Below the pieces are notes generated by a model. The model did no database searches. It was not told where the DNA came from and saw nothing but the letters and a program-made list of their open reading frames with translations. From Candidatus Latescibacterota bacterium (GTDB taxonomy: Bacteria > Latescibacterota > UBA2968 > GCA-2709665), in contig CBDDDZ010000002.1 of NCBI GenBank assembly GCA_965226795.1, forward strand, positions 64,001 through 128,000: a DNA stretch of 64,000 bases. The letters run 5' to 3'. The position numbers and the translations under genes are program-made. How positions within the stretch are numbered: position 1 is the stretch's first letter; every line of letters begins with the position of its first letter. Of this stretch, positions 60,403 to 64,000 are shown piece by piece.

Positions 60403-60549
60403 CCCTGTCCCGGAAATATGTCGCCATACGCCCGCTGGTTCATCCCGGCTCGCTGCGTTGCTGGCGTTTCTCTACGCGTTCGGTGACATTCGTGACCCTT
60501 CGACCCTTCGACAGGCTCAGGGACCGCAAGCTCAGGGAACGGCTCAGGG
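60400..60549 (+). mobile_element. Partial MITE copy starting at the upstream stop codon, followed by nested CCTTCGACAGGCTCAGGG repeats
   Basis: TAGCCCTGTCCCGGAAATATGTCGCCAT...GGTTCATCCCG matches the MITE left end; 60496-60549 holds interleaved CCTTCGAC and GCTCAGGG units. Confidence 0.7.
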
Positions 60550-60691
60550 TGTAGTGCATTTGGACATCGTCCCGTGCGTTGGCTGAGCCATCTGCGCTGA
60601 GCTTTCCAGAGGGGTAGCGAAATGTGGTACGACGCCAAACGTGCGTATACCTTCGCGGTCTACCTTGCGCCCGCCCGGCTGTGGAGTGGTG

Positions 60692-60860
60692 GGTTTTTCC
60701 ACGCTAATCCGTCCGGCATTGAAGCACCTTGCTGCCGTATTCGTATGTAGGGCACAATCGCCCGTCTACGCCCCTTCCGAAATTCGTGGAAAAACCGGCC
60801 CCGCGCCGAGCGGCGCCCTTCTTTTTCGCCCTTTTTCTTGGGCGATGCAAGAAAAAGGGC
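60692..60860. repeat. Two perfect inverted repeats forming a structured intergenic element
   Basis: GGTTTTTCCACG (60692-60703) with CGTGGAAAAACC (60785-60796); GCCCTTTTTCTTG (60828-60840) with CAAGAAAAAGGGC (60848-60860). Confidence 0.7.
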
Positions 60861-60958
60861 AAGGGAATAGGGGACGTTAGGGGGTGGTGGATCATCTACT
60901 CTCTATTCAGGACATATACGTGCCAGCCATCGAACAGAACCAATGGAAAGAACACAGG

Positions 60959-62113
60959 GTGATCCGATCGAGTCCGGATGCGGAACGGATCGAGTTGCCC
61001 GCCCAGGCGCAGATCGTGACCGAAAGCTGGAACCGGGTGGTGGCCGTGCCCCACATTGTGTATATGCCGGAGAAGGACCGGGTGCTGATGTTGTTGAGTT
61101 GCGACTATCCCGGCAGTCCCTGGATACACTTCGCCATGGTCCTGTTCAGCGACGACCGGGGCGCCACGTGGAGCGATCCTGCGTACGTACACACAGACAC
61201 ACAGGGCAACCCCGGCTGCGGGCTGGGGCACGCGCTGACCTACCTGGGCGAGGGCAGGTTGATCATGTATTCCTGGCATCCGCCTCTGCGCTGGTTCAGC
61301 GCCGATTTTGGAGAGACGTGGGGAGAAACGGTGCCCGTGGAACCGGCGCCGGGCGGAAAAAGGTGGATGGCCTGGGATCCGGTTCTGGTGGACCTGGATC
61401 CAAATACGGGCGGGGTGACCCGTCTGATGGAAACGGGATATTACGGCGATTCCGAGACCATGGCCTCCCAGGCCTACGTCAGATTCAGCTCGGACGCCGG
61501 GAGAACCTGGACCGGCGCCCATCATGTTCCGGAGTTTGTCGGCATCAACGAAGTCTGCCCGATTCGAGCGGCCACCGGCGATATCGTCGCAACCTGCCGG
61601 ACCGATCCGCCCGAGGCGTACAGGAGCTGTCGATTCGATCACTACGAAGGTTTCGGAATATCCATCTCGAAAGACAACGGTTACACCTGGAGCGAGGTCC
61701 ATCAGCTCTACGACTGGGGGCGCCATCACGCCAGTACGGCGCTTCTGCCGTGTGACTACATTGTAGCCACATACGTGGTTCGCCTCGGCTATCCCGACAC
61801 CGCTGAGGGTTACCCGCGGTTCGGCATCGAGGCGGTGGTGAGCCGCGACAACGGCCAGACGTGGGACCTGGAACGCCGCTATATCCTCGCCGCCTGGACA
61901 GGAAACAAACAGGGTTCGCCCTCGCCCGCCGGAAAGCTGCGCTCCGGCGCCTGGCAGGCGAGTCCCCACACGACGTCCTCACTTGTGCTCCCTGACGGGT
62001 CGATTCTGACCGCCTACGGGACGGGCTATCGCCAGCGGGATGATGTCTATGGACCCGGACTGTACGGCCCCCGGGACGTCGGTCTGGTAAAGTGGAACAT
62101 CGAACCGGAATAG
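60959..62113 (+). CDS. BNR/Asp-box repeat sialidase-fold protein (start uncertain)
   Basis: Five Asp boxes: SDDRGATW, SADFGETW, SSDAGRTW, SKDNGYTW, SRDNGQTW; LPDGSILTAY. Confidence 0.85.
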   Translation: MIRSSPDAERIELPAQAQIVTESWNRVVAVPHIVYMPEKDRVLMLLSCDYPGSPWIHFAMVLFSDDRGATWSDPAYVHTDTQGNPGCGLGHALTYLGEGRLIMYSWHPPLRWFSADFGETWGETVPVEPAPGGKRWMAWDPVLVDLDPNTGGVTRLMETGYYGDSETMASQAYVRFSSDAGRTWTGAHHVPEFVGINEVCPIRAATGDIVATCRTDPPEAYRSCRFDHYEGFGISISKDNGYTWSEVHQLYDWGRHHASTALLPCDYIVATYVVRLGYPDTAEGYPRFGIEAVVSRDNGQTWDLERRYILAAWTGNKQGSPSPAGKLRSGAWQASPHTTSSLVLPDGSILTAYGTGYRQRDDVYGPGLYGPRDVGLVKWNIEPE

Positions 62114-62190
62114 GGACAGCACGCCGGCTGCTTCGGGACATCTCAACGGGGCAACAGGACAGGCGATTCGACACAGCGAAAGGGGCGGGT

Positions 62191-62961
62191 ATGATTACCG
62201 ATCAACAGGTTGAATTTTTCCGGACGTTCGGCTTTCTTGCGCTGCGCGGGGCGTTCGGCCCGGAGGAGATGGACGCGATCAGCCGTACATTCGACGACCT
62301 GCTCGAGAAAGACCGGGACGGCCGGCCTTTTCCCGGCGAGATACGGCAGTCGCTCTATGGAATCGCCGAGCACCATCCGCTGCTGACGGATCTCGTCGAG
62401 GACGACCGCATCTATGTGACCGTGGAACGCCTGCTGGGCCCCGGGTTTCACTGGCTCTGCTCCGAGGGCAATCTGTACGTGGGCGAAACGGAATGGCATC
62501 CCGACGGAAGCCGGCTGAACTATCCGCCGATGAAGGTCTCTCTGTATCTGGATACTCTCACGAAAAGCACCGGCTGTCTGCGGGTGATCCCCGGATCCCA
62601 CCGCCTGCCGTTTCACGAGGCATTGAGGCCCATCGATAAAATGGGCGTGCCCGGCGCGGACGTACCGTGCTACTTCCTGGAATCCACACCGGGAGACGTT
62701 TTGTTCCTGAACATGAACATCTGGCATGCGACCTACGGCGGCGCGGTGGGACGCCGCCACCTGGCGGTGAATTTCGTTCCGGAAGCCACGGAGGCTGAGC
62801 ACGTTGAGATGTTGAAGGCGAACCACCGGGTCCTGATCGACCTGATGGCCCGGTTCCAGTACAGCCAGCCGGGAAGGGCCTTCACCGACGATTTTCTGAA
62901 CAGCGAAAGGCCGCGCATCCGCCGCATGGCCTCAAAGTGGGTGGAACTCGGTCTGCAATAG
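62191..62961 (+). CDS. Phytanoyl-CoA dioxygenase (PhyH)-family Fe(II)/2-oxoglutarate enzyme
   Basis: QQVEFFRTFGFL, WHPD, GCLRVIPGSH, PGDVLF..IWHA..RR. Confidence 0.9.
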   Translation: MITDQQVEFFRTFGFLALRGAFGPEEMDAISRTFDDLLEKDRDGRPFPGEIRQSLYGIAEHHPLLTDLVEDDRIYVTVERLLGPGFHWLCSEGNLYVGETEWHPDGSRLNYPPMKVSLYLDTLTKSTGCLRVIPGSHRLPFHEALRPIDKMGVPGADVPCYFLESTPGDVLFLNMNIWHATYGGAVGRRHLAVNFVPEATEAEHVEMLKANHRVLIDLMARFQYSQPGRAFTDDFLNSERPRIRRMASKWVELGLQ

Positions 62962-63119
62962 TGTTCTGTCCCGGAAATAGATTGCCGAAATTCGGCCGCC
63001 GGGTCGCCCGGCTCGCAAGGCGCCTGAGTGAGGCGACTGCGGAAGGTCGGCGAACGAAGGGAACGTAGCGACGGGATGAACCGGCGGAAGAAGGGTGACA
63101 TATTTCTGGGACGGGACAC
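62959..63119 (-). mobile_element. Complete ~160 bp MITE (IS630-like ends) in inverted orientation, overlapping the upstream TAG stop
   Basis: TAGTGTTCTGTCCCGGAAATA ... TATTTCTGGGACGGGACAC terminal inverted repeats; no coding capacity. Confidence 0.82.
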
Positions 63120-63153
63120 GGAAGACGACGGCGGAGAAATAGAGGTGACCGGA

Positions 63154-64000
63154 ATGCGAAAAGAGATCCGGATTTCCGAACGGGACGGGTTTGCCAGAAG
63201 GAATTTCCCGTGCGCCGTAACGGTGGGCTTTGAACCCGGCGAGTTCCCTGCGGGCGGCTCGGCGCGAATGCTGGATGCCGACGGCGAGCCGCGGCCCTCG
63301 CAGGTGGACGCGTTGGATACGTGGGACGATGGCAGCGTGAGGACCGCGGAAGTCTCATTTCCGGCTCGGCTCCCCCCCGGAGGGGAGGAGATCCTCACGT
63401 TCGAGTACGGACAGGGGACGCCGCCACCCGCCCCGCCTGCGAATCCCATCGAAGTTCGCGCCGGCAAGGACCCGATCGAGGTGCAGCAGGGGCCGGTGAT
63501 TTACCGGATCCGGCAATGGCGCTTCAACCTGGTGGAGAACGTGATTTTCGACGGCAGGGCGTTTCACGGGGCGGGAGCGCCCGGGCCGGCGCTCGTACTC
63601 AAGGACGGCAGGATCCTGTTCCCCTCGGGCGAGGTCCGGATCGATATCCGGACGCGCGGTCCCCGGACGGCCCGTCTGAGGGTGGATGGAACCTACGGCG
63701 GCGGATACGAGTTTGTCGCGCAAATGACCTTTTTTTCAGGGGTTTCCTGGTTCCGGGCCGAGCACGAGGTCGTGTCGGGCGATGTGTCGCAAATTGCGAC
63801 AGTTGTCGTCGAAAGCAACTTCAGCCTGCCGGATGGGCCCCTGCATTCCGCGTTCGGCGCGAGACAGCGGGCCGACGGTGAGGGCACAAGCTGGGCCGTG
63901 GTTACGGACAACACGTCCACCGTGGACGTCGCGGCTGTCGGCGCGTGGTCCGGGAAAGCCGCCGTGCGCTACGAGGTGGAACCCAATGGGCGCTTCCGGA
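63154..64000 (+). CDS. N-terminal part of a PcRGLX/YetA-like (PL26-like) protein, truncated by the window end
   Basis: Not in the ORF track. Manual translation MRKEIRISERDGFARRNFPC...PSQVDALDTWDDGSVR...TRGPRTARLRVDG is open to base 64000; GAGGTG RBS. Confidence 0.65.
   Translation, partial: MRKEIRISERDGFARRNFPCAVTVGFEPGEFPAGGSARMLDADGEPRPSQVDALDTWDDGSVRTAEVSFPARLPPGGEEILTFEYGQGTPPPAPPANPIEVRAGKDPIEVQQGPVIYRIRQWRFNLVENVIFDGRAFHGAGAPGPALVLKDGRILFPSGEVRIDIRTRGPRTARLRVDGTYGGGYEFVAQMTFFSGVSWFRAEHEVVSGDVSQIATVVVESNFSLPDGPLHSAFGARQRADGEGTSWAVVTDNTSTVDVAAVGAWSGKAAVRYEVEPNGRFR

Noticed and set aside
60400..60860. CRISPR array
   Set aside because: The repeats are nested or inverted, not regularly spaced with unique spacers, and no cas genes are present.
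3163..62826. Many long minus-strand and alternate-frame ORFs (e.g. 9865-11361, 30994-32718, 46898-48580, 58007-59398)
   Set aside because: They overlap well-supported + strand genes, are Arg/Pro-rich and show no motifs; typical shadow ORFs of high-GC DNA.

Overview
GC-rich bacterial DNA. The gene content (N-terminally extended TonB receptor, protein with a T9SS-like C-terminal domain, PorV-like barrel, GWxTD and dockerin-like EF-hand domains) suggests an FCB-group candidate lineage such as Latescibacterota; this is inference. From a strong sigma70-type promoter at about 2054 every gene to the window end lies on the + strand, and together they look like a very large anionic-glycan utilisation region. 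(i) An outer-membrane cassette: small beta-barrel, TonB-dependent receptor, secreted protein with a T9SS-like C-terminal domain and a PorV-like barrel, with no SusD. (ii) An envelope cluster: two FGE-fold lipoproteins, a TPR protein, two CRTAC1/ASPIC-UnbV proteins and a GWxTD-like protein. (iii) Nine lyase-fold genes: four heparinase II/III-type, four paralogous ~1250 aa lyase-fold plus beta-propeller proteins without signal peptides, and a truncated PcRGLX-like gene. Alongside them are three Gfo/Idh/MocA oxidoreductases, a BNR sialidase-fold protein and a PhyH dioxygenase. (iv) The most unusual element, an inner-membrane trio: two DUF6785/DUF6784-type polytopic proteins flanking a 1571 aa fusion of an apparently inactive M28 peptidase domain with a MacB/FtsX-type permease, with no ATPase nearby. 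A CNNM/CBS transporter, an orphan DNA methyltransferase and an S55 peptidase interrupt the region. Three genes carry single-base frameshifts, possibly assembly errors. Intergenic DNA holds a family of IS630-like MITEs, some carrying a nested short repeat. No rRNA, tRNA, CRISPR array, transposase or reverse transcriptase was seen. Family calls come from motif recognition by eye, not database searches.
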